Shown here piece by piece: positions 1-12,409 of a DNA stretch of 64,000 nucleotides; the first letter of the stretch is position 1, and every line of letters starts with the position of its first letter. Source of the DNA: Eledone cirrhosa (lineage: Eukaryota); assembly GCA_964016885.1 (NCBI GenBank), contig OZ024740.1:162998001-163062000 (forward strand), in the 5' to 3' direction. The position numbers and the translations under genes are program-made. The notes below the pieces were generated by a model, which saw nothing but the letters and a program-made list of their open reading frames with translations, was not told the origin of the DNA and did no database searches.

Positions 1-644
1 AATGTAACCCATTTTGTGTATTCATCTATTAAATTACTTAAGTTACATGTATATGTATTTATAAGTATATGTACATACATATATACAGAAGGAGAGCAGA
101 CAGAGAGAAAGATAAAGTTAGGAATGCTAAAACTAAACAGAATGATTTAGTATAGCAATCAAATACTGAAGACATCAATTTCACAAAACCAAAATGGTTA
201 ACAAAATAGTAGTTATAAGATAATATTAACTAAATATAAATTATTTTCATGAGATAACTAGTATATTATAATCATATAAGGACTCTCACTTTGCTGGTAA
301 AATAAACATGTTTATAGAATTATATAAAACTGAAATGTTAAGTTCAAGCCTTGAAGCATACAGACATAATTAATATTCTAGTTTTATAGTGAATAAAGGT
401 CAGACAGTTTATTTCATTTGCTTTTACTCTAGTTTTTATCTTCAGGTTAATCTTTTTCTTTAACTGAAAATTTTCAGTTTTGTTACATATTATCATACAA
501 TTTGTTTAGCTTTTTGTGAAATAGATAAAGTTGTCTATAAATATTTGTCTCTATACTTATTACTTTAAAGTAAGCTACTGTTGCAAACAAACAAATTATG
601 TTTCCAATTCCCTCCCAGTCATGTTTACATCTTTTACTGTTCAG

Positions 645-795
645 GGTGGAGGTGGTGAATCAGTTGAAGCATTAGTATTGTGACCAAAATGCCTTGTGGA
701 GTTTATTCTGGTTCTTTGCATTCTGAGTTCAAATACTGCTGAGATCAACAGGGCTTTTTATCATTTTGGGGTTGCTAAAAAAAGTATCAGTTTAG
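645..795 (+). mobile_element. Degenerate tRNA-derived SINE (Meta-domain type)
   Basis: B-box GAGTTCAAAT followed by a decayed 'gcttttatcattttggggttg...aaagtatcag' core; resembles the cleaner copies at 19.4 and 39.0 kb. Confidence 0.65.
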
Positions 796-1617
796 GGGAG
801 CGTACAAGTGAATACTGAATGAGGTGAAAAGCAGTATTTGTTTCATTTTTTGTATTCAGAGTTCAAATTCCACTGTGGCCTACCAGTGACCATATAAAGG
901 ATTGGGACTTAACCATGTACACACCTATAGTTAACCATAGATAACATAATAATAATAATCCATAGTATTCAACCTCATTAGAGCAGTTGGTAACTGTTCC
1001 TGATGGTGTTCATGTTGGCACTGCCCATTTGAATCTCACAAATCTGAGAGGCTCTGCAAGTTATGAACATTGCTCCTCTTCTTTGGACTAAATTATGAAA
1101 AACAAAATCTTACAGGTTTTATTAAAGAGAACTTTCATCTATAAAGTGAAATATAGAAAAAATACCCCATGCTTCAATAATATATATACGGAACTAATGA
1201 GATTTCAGAGTTTTCTATGAGGCAATGTGATGTCAAATTTGCAATATCCCCTTTCTGTAGGCTGGATAGGTAATTTCTAAAAGCCATCAAAGTATTATTG
1301 ATTCTATTCTTAATTGTTATAAACCATGAAATTGTTATTTAAATAATGAATTTAACTGCATGTATATGCTCAAGTGTTTACATATTACCTCAAATTATAA
1401 GATTGTTGTACAAACATATAAGGAGCATAGCTGCAGACATGTAGGAGGATAACATAAAATCTGTTGTAAGAGAAAACTGAAAAATTCCAAAGACAGGGGA
1501 AATTATTTCAATGTTATTTTATGCAATGGAAATCCATTCCATATTCTTATGGAGTAATTCCATGTTCAAATTTATATATGATTTAGATAGAAAATTCACC
1601 AGATTGTATAAAGTAAA

Positions 1618-1730
1618 TCATCATCATCCTCATCATCATTTAATGTTCACTTTCCATGCTAGCATGGGTAGGACGGGCTGTCCCTTTGTCAGAGATCAGG
1701 TCTGAGGACCATGTTTTGCTCACACAGGGC
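1618..1730 (-). mobile_element. 3'-terminal fragment of an RTE LINE/SINE ((ATG)n tail)
   Basis: (CAT)n followed by 'ttccatgctagcatgggtaggacgggctgtccctttgt', closely matching 57028-57125. Confidence 0.75.
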
Positions 1731-2581
1731 TGATTAATGCATTGTCATATTTCAGCGACTGTGAAAAAAAAACAATTGATAAACACTTGGTTCATTTATA
1801 TTCTTCTGGTCATTCTTCAAACAAACATCTTGATCATGTCAACTGAGCAGATCCTACCATATAATCTGTATTTGATATGAACCTTTTACTTTAACAAGTT
1901 TCATTTTGAGTGGTTCATTTGCTTTATTGTCATTAAGAGGAATGAAGCTATTTTATACTTCTCTATCTCACAGCAAAATTAATCTCTAGAATTTGTTCTA
2001 TTTCATATTTCTTTTTTAGTAATGAAGATGATAAATATCATAGCGTTCGAATCACAGATGGGTCTTATTAGTGTGAGGTCATAATCTAAATTATTTAAAA
2101 AAAACAAAAAAAAACTGTTTTTGTTTTAGTTCAGGGAAACAGAAAAGGAGAAATGGTAACAATTTGTTAATGAGAGAGAGAGAGAGAGGGAAAGAGAGAG
2201 AATGTGTGTGTTGAATTAATTATTTTACTTTTTCCACAATAGTTTTAGATGAAGCATGAAATTAATACTTATTTCAGAAAGGGATAGAGATATCATATGT
2301 AACATAAGTATAACAAACAATTACGGTTTTACATAATCAATTAGTAAAAATCTAGAACTTGAGTCATAGCAGTTTTCTCAAGTATTCCATGCAATATTTA
2401 TCTGACCAATATTCTATAGAATATTCTTTCAGAACCTTAAACAAGGAATTGGTAATAAAAACAAAATCTAAACAATGAAATAATAATTATATTTAAAACA
2501 AAAATATTTTAAAATGTAACTCTAAATCAATGGATACAGTGTAAGAACAAAGAAATACTTCAAGTCTATATGAACACTTAA

Positions 2582-2830
2582 CCCTTTTGATATCAAACTG
2601 CCTGAAACTGCCCCTCGTTCTATGATTAAAAAAACTGTTTTAAAGTACTTTGATATTTATTTTAAAAATTTATATCTGAATTTTATCTAAGAACCTATGT
2701 TAAGTTATGCTCCAAACACAAGCTTAATGATGAGAAAGTTAGTTATTTTACAAAATCCTTAAAAATTTTTGATTATTTTCAAAATTATTTAAAATCATAG
2801 GTAGTGTGTTTCGTTAGAAAACTGGCATAC
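2582..2830. mobile_element. Degenerate TTAA/piggyBac-like MITE
   Basis: Starts TTAA|CCCTTTTGAT and is co-linear with the copy at 32902-33163; right end decayed. Confidence 0.6.
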
Positions 2831-3814
2831 TTATTAAATATTTGGTGTTAAACTAGCAGGAACTTACTTTATATTAGCAACAATAGCAATAATAATTGGT
2901 CTTTCCCAAAGATTGAATTTATCAAATATTTTATTCAACAACCATTTCCAATATATAACTAAACACAATTTCAAAATTATAGGGAGAAATCGATGATCTA
3001 GCATTTAGTTTCAAACAAATACAATGTTATTAATATGCAACCACAGAAAAAAAGAACTTCTACAATAATATATGAAATTCATTTATAAAGACAAAAAAAT
3101 AATTCTTTAAAAGAAGAAATGAAAGGCTACCTAGAAATTTCATGTAAGATACAAAGAGAAAATGATTTATAATGACAAAGAAATTTAAAGCTTCAAGCAG
3201 CTAATTATGTAATCACAAAAATAGAAAAGCATAAGAAATGAGTAACAAAAGAAATAAGTTGTTATCAGATATCCTTTGCTACAAGACATGGATATAGTAA
3301 ATCTTCTTCATTAGTGTTAATATGGTAATTGTTATACATATTGATTAATGAAAAACAGCAATGGATTTCTTAGAAAAAGACAAACACAATAAGGAAAAGA
3401 AAGTGTTACAACAGAAACACATCATCATAACATTATATATATATACATATATACACACACAGACATATACATATTTATATATATCATCATCATCATTTAA
3501 TGCTCATTTTCCCTGCTACCAAATCAATGAATAAGAAACATCCATAAACCAATAGAATTACCCTAAAGAAATACATACATTTTTCTTTATATAAGTTTCA
3601 TTTTTCAGAGAGAGATTAGTTTTATTGAAGTATCAGACATTGAACTAATAATGAAAAAAAAATGCTAATACACCTGAGATTAGAAAACAGGATATTTTAA
3701 TTACAGAAACTTTAAGAATTTGTACAGAACAACACCCAAATTAATTATGATCAGGAAGGAATAAAACTTATTATAAAAAGAGAAAAGAAAAACTAGACAC
3801 CATTCACACACTAA

Positions 3815-3965
3815 CTGTGGCTCATGGGCCACATATGGTGTGTTTGGCTTTCTAAATGAGACACTTAATGAAAAAATACCATGAGACTTTTATAGTAGTG
3901 CAGCTCACCTTATGATCAGCCATATCTCATGTGACCCACTGCTAAAAAAAAGATTGCCCATGGCT
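3815..3965. mobile_element. hAT-like MITE fragment
   Basis: Right end 'gtgacccactgctaaaaaaaagattgcccatggctg' is the reverse complement of the left end of the element at 54944. Confidence 0.6.
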
Positions 3966-4303
3966 GCTATACATGGTAAAATATCATCATTGTCATCATG
4001 ATTTAACATCCATTTATCCTGCTATCAATTGTTGGACATGTCAGTACTCAGTGGAGCTACTGATCATTCAGATGGACCAGGAGCATCTTACACAGTTCTA
4101 AATACATCTAAAATGTCAAGATGCTTAAGGCTAAAATACTTTAGACCATAGATCTACTAAATAAGGGTTGAACTGGAGTAAAACAACATAAACAACAATT
4201 AATTAAATTCATTGAAAGTTATTTTGACATTTTTATAATATATGATTTGTAAGAGAAGTCCTTAAGGAGTATATTTGATGTAAAAATTAAATTTTCCTAT
4301 ATA

Positions 4304-4355
<52 letters not shown>

Positions 4356-4915
4356 AATATATGAATATATATATATATACATATAAAATATATATAAATT
4401 ATTGAGCTGTTCATAATTCTACAACAACTATCAGGTATAATGACTGCTTGCATGTTAGAGTCCATCCACGTTTTCAGATTTCAGTATTTCCTTTTCATAA
4501 AACTATACAATTTAAAGTATTGATTTATTCATCGAATCCTCGACTCCTCACCAACCCCAGGCAGGTATAAAAATAATTAAGAAAACAGAATATAAAATAG
4601 ATATACAATACAGATATATATCAGAAACATGTATAAGCAAGTTGTATTTTATTGTATTACTTCAGGTATTTTCCTTTCTGATACAAATGTCAGGTTTTGG
4701 TCCCAAAGTTCAGTTATCTCTTCGGTAGTCTCATCAACCACTAGGGGTAGATATTGAAGGCTTTAAGAACCACTGCTTTAAAACAATCATCAAAATAGCT
4801 TTGCTATAGTGTGTGGTTAAACTAAAGGAAGAGGTGCAGTATCACTATTTTCAGGAAGGCTTTTATATTAAGACAACTATACTAACGTAAAAGGAAGCAC
4901 ATTTAAAAAATAACA

Positions 4916-4955
<40 letters not shown>

Positions 4956-5074
4956 AAATACAAATTATTAAGCAGATAAAAATATCTCTTGACTAAAGTG
5001 AAATTCAAGGAAACTACTGCTATAACTAATATTTATTTTAATTATTATTATGATTCTAATTAATAATATCAATC

Positions 5075-5174
5075 TGATTATTATTATTATCATCAGTCTT
5101 ATTTTCATATTATTATTATTGTTATTATTATCATTATTATTATTCTAAAAGTATAAAATATGAATATTAAAGAA

Positions 5175-5233
<59 letters not shown>

Positions 5234-5282
5234 CATCATCATCATCACCATCATCATTATTATTACTGTTACTACTATTATA
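5075..5282. repeat. (ATT)n/(ATC)n compound microsatellite
   Basis: Seen directly. Confidence 0.95.
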
Positions 5283-5744
5283 AAAGCAAATTTTAGAAGT
5301 ACAATATCAACGAATATTTTGTAAAACTAAAAAATCAATGATTTGTGAATATTGAGGAAAATTAAATGAAATTATGCAATAGCTATTGTTAAGAGTGTAG
5401 GCATGTGCACGAGTTTACATTGCATAACACAATGACCTGCTATGATCATCAGGCATTATGTCAGAGAGAGAAAACTGTGTGCATAGTGAATATTGAATCA
5501 CTACATATATAGGTATACTGTGGAATCTGTCTAGAAGAAATAAGTAAACGAATAGAATATATTACTGGCCTGAGGGAGAAAAAGTGCCATATTCCTGGGC
5601 AGCTACATAACAGAAACATTTCACATTAATATATTTTATTTTTCCTACCAGTCAGACAGAGGAAACAATGAATGATTAATTGTTTTAACATGAAAGTCAT
5701 TGTGTAAAAAACAAATTAGAGGATATAGCTGTATATGCACACAC

Positions 5745-5793
<49 letters not shown>

Positions 5794-5982
5794 ATGCAAT
5801 GGGCATGTTACTCCTGATAGAGACATAGAGGCACCGTATTGATATGTGACATGTCTTGAACATTTAAATCTCATGGAACCCTTCCCTCTCCAGGTAAGAA
5901 CACCCGATTTCTTCCATAGAGAATGAGATATATATATATATTTCTCATTCTCTCATTCTCTGTGGAAGAAATCAGGCGTGTG

Positions 5983-6013
<31 letters not shown>

Positions 6014-6100
6014 TTGCTCTATGGTTCTTATATATTTGATATATATTTATCCTTATTGAGCCCTCTTTGGATTTTAGTCTTCAATCAAATTTATTATTAT

Positions 6101-6166
<66 letters not shown>

Positions 6167-6177
6167 GGGGGGGAGGG

Positions 6178-6332
6178 AGAATTGATTCCAGTACTAGAAT
6201 TTTATTTATCAGTCTCAAAAGGATGAAAAACAAACTGGATCTTAGTGGAATTTGAAATCAGAGTGCAGAGAACCAGAACAAATACTGCAAAGAATTCAAT
6301 CTGACATTATAATGACTCTGCCAATTCGCCAT
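6178..6332 (-). mobile_element. Degenerate Meta-type SINE
   Basis: 'aaaaggatgaaaaacaaactgg...ggaatttgaaatcagag...actctgccaattcgcc' is the reverse complement of the SINE head and core. Confidence 0.7.
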
Positions 6333-6461
6333 CTATATATTTATATATATATGGTGGTATGATCTCATAACTCCTGATGGCAGAGCCTATCCCTCTCCAA
6401 GGGTCTTTTCCAGAGTAGGAAAGAAAATGGGAGAGAGGAAATGAAAAAGAGATGTAGAAGA

Positions 6462-6618
6462 AGATTCAACCTCAGTACTAGACTGGAACTTTTTTATCAA
6501 CCTTGAAAGGCTGAAAGGCAAAGTTGACTTCAGCGTGATTTAAAATCAGAGAGCAGAGTGTCAGAACAAATACCACAAAGCATTCTATCTGACATACTAA
6601 TGACTCTGTGAATTTGTC

Positions 6619-6623
<5 letters not shown>
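6462..6623 (-). mobile_element. Degenerate Meta-type SINE
   Basis: 'gaaaggctgaaaggcaaagttgac' core, head ending 'gtcacct'. Confidence 0.75.
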
Positions 6624-6658
<35 letters not shown>

Positions 6659-7724
6659 TGCTTGTAATTAAAACATGATAAAACACTGAATGATAAAAAA
6701 AATATAAAATCCCCAAGTTATCTTACATCTGTTTACAATTTCTTATAGACTTGCCCCATTCGCTTACCTTTTTTTACTGCTTACTAATGCAGGGAAAAGC
6801 GCTACCCTTTTTTAGGACCCCTGAAACAGGTAGGAGAGAAGAAGGGATGTGTCTTCAAAATAGAGGCCTGATCCAAATGCTTGCAGCAAAGTGAGCTCTG
6901 CTAAAGGCATCTAAGAGCTAGGTGGTGGTATTAAATCAAGTGACAGATTTATTAGAAACATCCTAACTATGTACTTTCAATTCAAAAGTAAACTATGTTA
7001 AAATCCTTGGGGCATGACATTTGAAAATGATGTGTACAAGAAATCAAATCAGAAGATTGGGATTTTGAAAAATGAAAATATATAGCAATATAATCACCAG
7101 CATCATCAAATGTTTTTTTAACAAACTCCCATTCCATAAATATATCCATTAACCCTATAATAGCTAACTTATCAATATGAAGAAAAAAACAATTATTTAT
7201 TAGTTCTTTTTAAGGAATATATCTTATATAAAATCATTAAATGTTCCCAAATATATATTCATATAAATTATTCAACAGCATCAACAACTGACAGGCATTA
7301 CAATTGATAGTATACTTCCAAATGTAAATAATTGATAGTATGTTTCCAAACGTAAATAATTATTAAAACTCGTCCAAGCTTTCAATTTTGTCATTTCCTT
7401 CCCATAAAAATGTAGAAGTTGAAGCATCAAGAATTGTCAACAATAGGCATTATATGTTTTAAAAACATATATTGAACATTATTGCCATCTATATACATAT
7501 TTCATATCATCATCATCGTTTTACATCGATTTTTCCATGCTGGCATGGGTTGGACAGGACATTTTGAGGCAATGTTTTGCAGCCAGATAGCGTCCCTGAA
7601 ACCAATCCTTTTAGTTGCTTCTTACGATACTATGAGAAAAGGTGTAGTGTGGCATACAACTCCATTGCATCTGATGCCTCAGAAATCAAAACAGGAGGTC
7701 ATGAAACTATGACTGACATACATT

Positions 7725-8044
7725 GTATCATCATCATTTCCTTTTATGTCCGCTTTTTCCCTGCTTGCAAGGGTTGGACGGGAACTGATTCTGGCTCGAT
7801 TTCTACAGATGGATGCCCTTCCTAACACCAACCTCATTTACAGTGAGTGCTGGGTGCTTTTTTGCTGTGGCACCTCCACGACCACTTTGCAGTGGAATGA
7901 TAGGGCCCACAGTCCCTATCATCTCATTTCTACAGCTGAGTAAACTGGAGCAATGTAAAATAAAGTGTCTTGCTCAAGGAAACAACACATCACCCAGTCT
8001 GAGAATTGAACTCACAACCTTTCGATTGCAAGGCCAATGCTCAA
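7725..8044 (-). mobile_element. tRNA-derived SINE with CORE/V-like middle and RTE-derived tail (slightly 5'-truncated)
   Basis: Near-identical to 62506-62844; B-box GTTCAATTC, 'tccttgagcaagacacttt' core and RTE-type 3' end. Confidence 0.85.
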
Positions 8045-8307
8045 TTGTATGTATATATAAATATATACACATTGTTATATTACCCAACTTCAGCAAGGAA
8101 GCAATTATATCATAATGTAATTCATACAAAATATATACTGCTCATACAGGTTGCAAACAGTAACTGGTATTGACCTCTGTACATAGAGTAGAGGGAGATG
8201 ACATCTTTTTTATGTAAACATGGCAGCAAATAACAATTGCAATTTCACCTAGTGGTTGATCACTTATACATATGATGATGATAATGATATATGAAAATAT
8301 GTGTGTA

Positions 8308-8634
8308 TCATCATCATCATCATCATCGTTTAACGTCCATGTTCCATGCTTGCATGGGTTTGGACGGGAGTTTTCCGACTTGAGGCAAGAGTGGTTGTCT
8401 TGCTCGCATAGGACTGTCTGGCGGGTTTTCTACAGTTGGATGCCCTTCCTAACACCAACCACATTTACAGTGTGGGGCTGGGAGGTTTTTACCGTGTTGC
8501 CTACACGGCCACATTACAGCGTGGACTGTCTGGCGGGTTTTCTACAACTGGATGCCCTTCCTAACACCAACCACATTTACAGTGTGGGACTGGGAGGTTT
8601 TTACCGTGTTACCTACACGGCCACATTACAGCGT
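8308..8634 (-). mobile_element. RTE family A 3'-UTR fragment with 112-bp internal tandem duplication
   Basis: Reverse complement of about 11170-11397; unit repeated at 8411 and 8523. Confidence 0.9.
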
Positions 8635-8656
8635 GTATATATATTTATATATATAT

Positions 8657-9936
8657 CATCATCACCGTTTTACGTCAATTCTTCCATGTTAGCAATGGTT
8701 AGACAGGTTGTCCTGTTGTGGGCAGTGCCCGGTCGGTTGACTATGTCTTGCTCATACGGGAACTGATTCTGGTTTGATTTCTACAGCTGGATGCCCTTCC
8801 TAACACCAACCTCATTTACAGTGAGTGCTGGGTGCTTTTTTTCCGTGTCGCCTACACGTCCACTTTACAGTGTAGGCTGGGTGCTTTTTTGCCATGGCAC
8901 CTCCACGATCATTTTGCAGTGGAAGGGGTGGGGACATATTGTCTATATGCTTCAGCTTCGGCTTGTACCCGTGGGGGGTCGGGTCTTCTGTATTACTGTA
9001 TGACGCCAAAGGTCATGGTCGTGTGTCATCGCCTTTGAGAGGTGTAATTGGGTAAGGTCGCCTTTTATCACCTCATCCCAGGTCTTCTTTGGTCCCCCCA
9101 CTCCACGGATTCCATCGACTTCTAGTGCTCTGCACCTTTTTATGCAGCTGTCATCCTTCATACGCATCACATGTCCATCCCAATGCAACCTCCTCTCCTG
9201 CACACAGCATTTGATTCCTCTTTTGCTCAGTCTCCCTCTTAATTTTGTTTATGCTTTGACATATATTACTGTTACACATCCATCGGAGCATGCAAGCTTC
9301 ATTTCTTTCTAATCTACGCAAGTCTTCTACACACAACGCCCAGGTCTCACTACCATGTAACATTGCTGTTCGTATGCACACATCATACTGTCTGCCTTTC
9401 ATTTTGAGTGAAAAGCCTTTTGTATTTAGCAGTGGCAGTAGCTCCCTAAACTTCTTCCATTTGTTCTTACCCTAGTTATTGTACTTTCTGAACACCCACC
9501 TCCACTGCTAATTCAGTCTCCTAGGTAGCAAAAGCTGTCTACTGTTTCCACAGGGCCCTCCCAGAGTTTGGTGGTGCTTGTTTCCTGCAGCCGTTTGCTG
9601 CTTACTGTCCCGGTTCAGCTGCTGCATGTAAAGCCTATATTCTTAGCTAAGCTTCCCGAGATCCCACTACATCTCTTGTGTACCCAATGTTTGCATTTGG
9701 GGAAGAGGATGGAGTTCCTACCTACACCTTTCCTACATACTGAGCAAGGCCATTTCCCTGAGGGGATCTGGTCTCTGTTTTCTTGTCTACTTACGAGGAC
9801 CTTAGTCTTTGTTAGGTTGACTTTGAGACCCTTTCTTTCTAGTCCCTGCTTCCAAGTTTGGAATTTCTTCTCTAGTTCCACCATAGATTCAGCTATAAGT
9901 GTGAGATCATCTGCATACAGGAGTTCCCATGGGCAT
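8657..9936 (-). mobile_element. RTE-clade LINE family B, 5'-truncated and frameshifted (RT YADD to 3' end)
   Basis: Translates CPWELLYADDL...KVNLTKTK...MLHGSETW...RLHWDGHVMRM...GGPKKTW; co-linear with 53657-54682. Confidence 0.95.
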
Positions 9937-10183
9937 GTTGAGAGGTGCATTCTTCATGGGGGAGGGATTTAGTGCTTACAACAGACACTCTGTCACGTCT
10001 CCTGGTAAGGATATAATCTACCTGGCTTGTGTGTTCCCCCGATCTATAGGTGATCAAGTGATTGTCTCGTTTTTTGAAGTTAGTGTTACAGATAGTTAGG
10101 TTATTAGCATCACGGAATTCCAGGATTCTGAAGCCTTCCTCATTTCTAGTTCCAAACCCATAGTCTCCATGGATTCCGTCATA
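9935..10183 (-). mobile_element. RTE APE-endonuclease fragment
   Basis: YDGIHGDYGFGTRNEEGFRILEF...LTICNTNFKKRDNHLITYRSG...SQVDYIL...ECTSQH are C-terminal APE motifs of RTE elements. Confidence 0.9.
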
Positions 10184-11365
10184 GGGCACCGATCCCATCT
10201 GGGAAATAGCCATGCTCAGTGTGTAGGAAAGGAGTAGGTAGAAACTCCATTTTATGTCCCAAATGCAAAGTATGGGTACATAAAAGATGTAGTGGGATCA
10301 CAGGTAAGCTAACTAAGAATATAGATTTTATATGTGGCCGGTGCTCTGGTGCAATAAGTAGCAGCAAGTGCCCACAGAATACTAACTCATTCCATTGCAC
10401 AGATGGTTCTATAGAAATAGTGGACAGCTTCCGTTACCTGGGTGACAAAATCAGCAGTGGGGGAGGGTGCTCTGAAAGTACAGTAGCTAGAGTCAGAACG
10501 GGATGGAAAAAGTTCAGAGAGTTTATACCACTATTGGCCGCTAAAGGGTTCTCTCTAAAAATGAAAGGCAGGCTGTATGATGCCTGCATACGAACAGCAA
10601 TGTTACATGGCAGTGAGACCTGAGCATTGTGTGCAGAGGATATATGCAGACTGGAGAGAAATGAAGCTTGCATGCTCCGCTGGATGTGTAATAGTAATAT
10701 ACGTGAACGGCAAAGCATAAACGAACTAAGGGAGAAATTAGAAATAAGAGGGATCAGATGTTGTTTACTCGAGAGAAGACTACTTTGGTATGGTCACGTG
10801 ATGCGCATGAAAGACGATAGCTGTATAAAAAAAGTGCAGGGCAATAAAAATAGACGGTAGCCACGGAGTAGGCAGATCCAGAAAAACCTGGGACGACTTG
10901 ATAAATTCCGACCTCACACACTTACACCTCTCCAAGACAATGTCACTGGACCGAGATCTTTGGCGCTACACAGTAATAGAGAAGACCCGCCTTACCTAAG
11001 TGCAAAGTGAAACCTACTACAGTCAGTAGGCATCTCTAACAAAATACACCGTCCCACTACCCCCACCCCATCCACACCGCCCCTTTCAATGTAAAGTTAT
11101 GTTGGTACCACAACATCCAGCCCAAAACAAATGAGGTCGTGTAGGTGTCACGACAAAAAAACACACAGTCCACGCTGTAATGTGGCCGTGTAGGTAACAC
11201 GGTAAAACCTCCCAGTTCCACACTGTAAATGTGGTTGGTGTTAGGAAGGGCATCCAGCCGTAGAAAACCCGCCAGACAGTTCTATGCGAGCAAGACAACC
11301 ACTCTTGCCTCAAGTGAGAAAACTCCCGTCCAAACCCATGCGAGCGTGGAATATGGACGTTAAAC

Positions 11366-11397
<32 letters not shown>
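10181..11397 (+). mobile_element. RTE-clade LINE family A, 5'-truncated, with stops (10207, 10621) and a frameshift (~10840)
   Basis: PHD-like Cys/His segment, FRYLGD, MLHGSET, RLLWYGHVMRM, long 3' UTR and (GAT)n tail. Confidence 0.95.
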
Positions 11398-11399
<2 letters not shown>

Positions 11400-12409
11400 C
11401 ATTTGTAATATGCGAGCACAATCATATCATATATTCTCGCTATTCTACCTACAAAAGTATACTCATGCATCACCAATAAAAGAAGGGCCTAAATAAGTAT
11501 CGTAGGTACCACAAAACTATTTCTAATCCAGCCTAGAATCGGCTACTCAAAAAACAAATCTTTGTTTCTCAGATGTCCTCTTACTAACTACTGCTTAACT
11601 TTAAGCCAGTACTCTAGTACAAAAACAGTTGATAGAAAATCTTTATACATCTGTTATTCATACTGTATAAATTATATAAATGTTCTATATATCTCTGTTC
11701 TATAGACTAAGTGTTCTGATAATGTTTCAGTTTGACGACTCCTTTAGCTTCTTTTATCTCTATTTTCATTTTCCAACACTCAAACAAAACTCATTCTTCT
11801 AAATGCTACAGTAATGTTTTACATGGACAGTGAGCCACTCAAGAGGAAGCCACTCAACTTTCCAGAAGTAGCAGCCAAATTTATCTCAAATCACATCATA
11901 CCAACTTAAAAAAGAAGAACACAATGGATAATGTAGCATTTCTCTCCTAAATAAGTTGCTAAAACTAACTTAATTTTAACTCTCATTCATGACTTCTTAC
12001 AAATTTGATACCAACTTGACTCAGACTAGCCCCTTTATTTTTAAAGGTTTATATATAAATTAAAATCTTCTATAATAATTTTATGTATGAAATTGTTTTC
12101 TTTACTTACATCCTAAACAGTAGTTTGATAATGATCACTTGTATAACAGTTGTCTACAACAAAGTGATGGTCTTTACCACCATGATTCTCCATCAGCTTG
12201 TTGCACACATCAAGGAACCGACCATGTTTAGAGACTTTCATGCCAGCTGTATGGTACAATGCAAGGAATATGTAACTTAACTGTGAATCAGCTAGGTTCT
12301 ATTTATTTACCAATAATCTAAACTACTTCAAATACAGATATAAGAGATATTACAATTAGAAAATAAAATACTATAGACAAGCATTTCAGGTAGAAACAAC
12401 TACATCAAT

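Noticed and set aside
5814-5870. CTGATAGA...GAAC with agacat/atgtct stem as a ribozyme
   Set aside because: The core deviates and stem I does not close; a related sequence at about 6370 lacks the motif.
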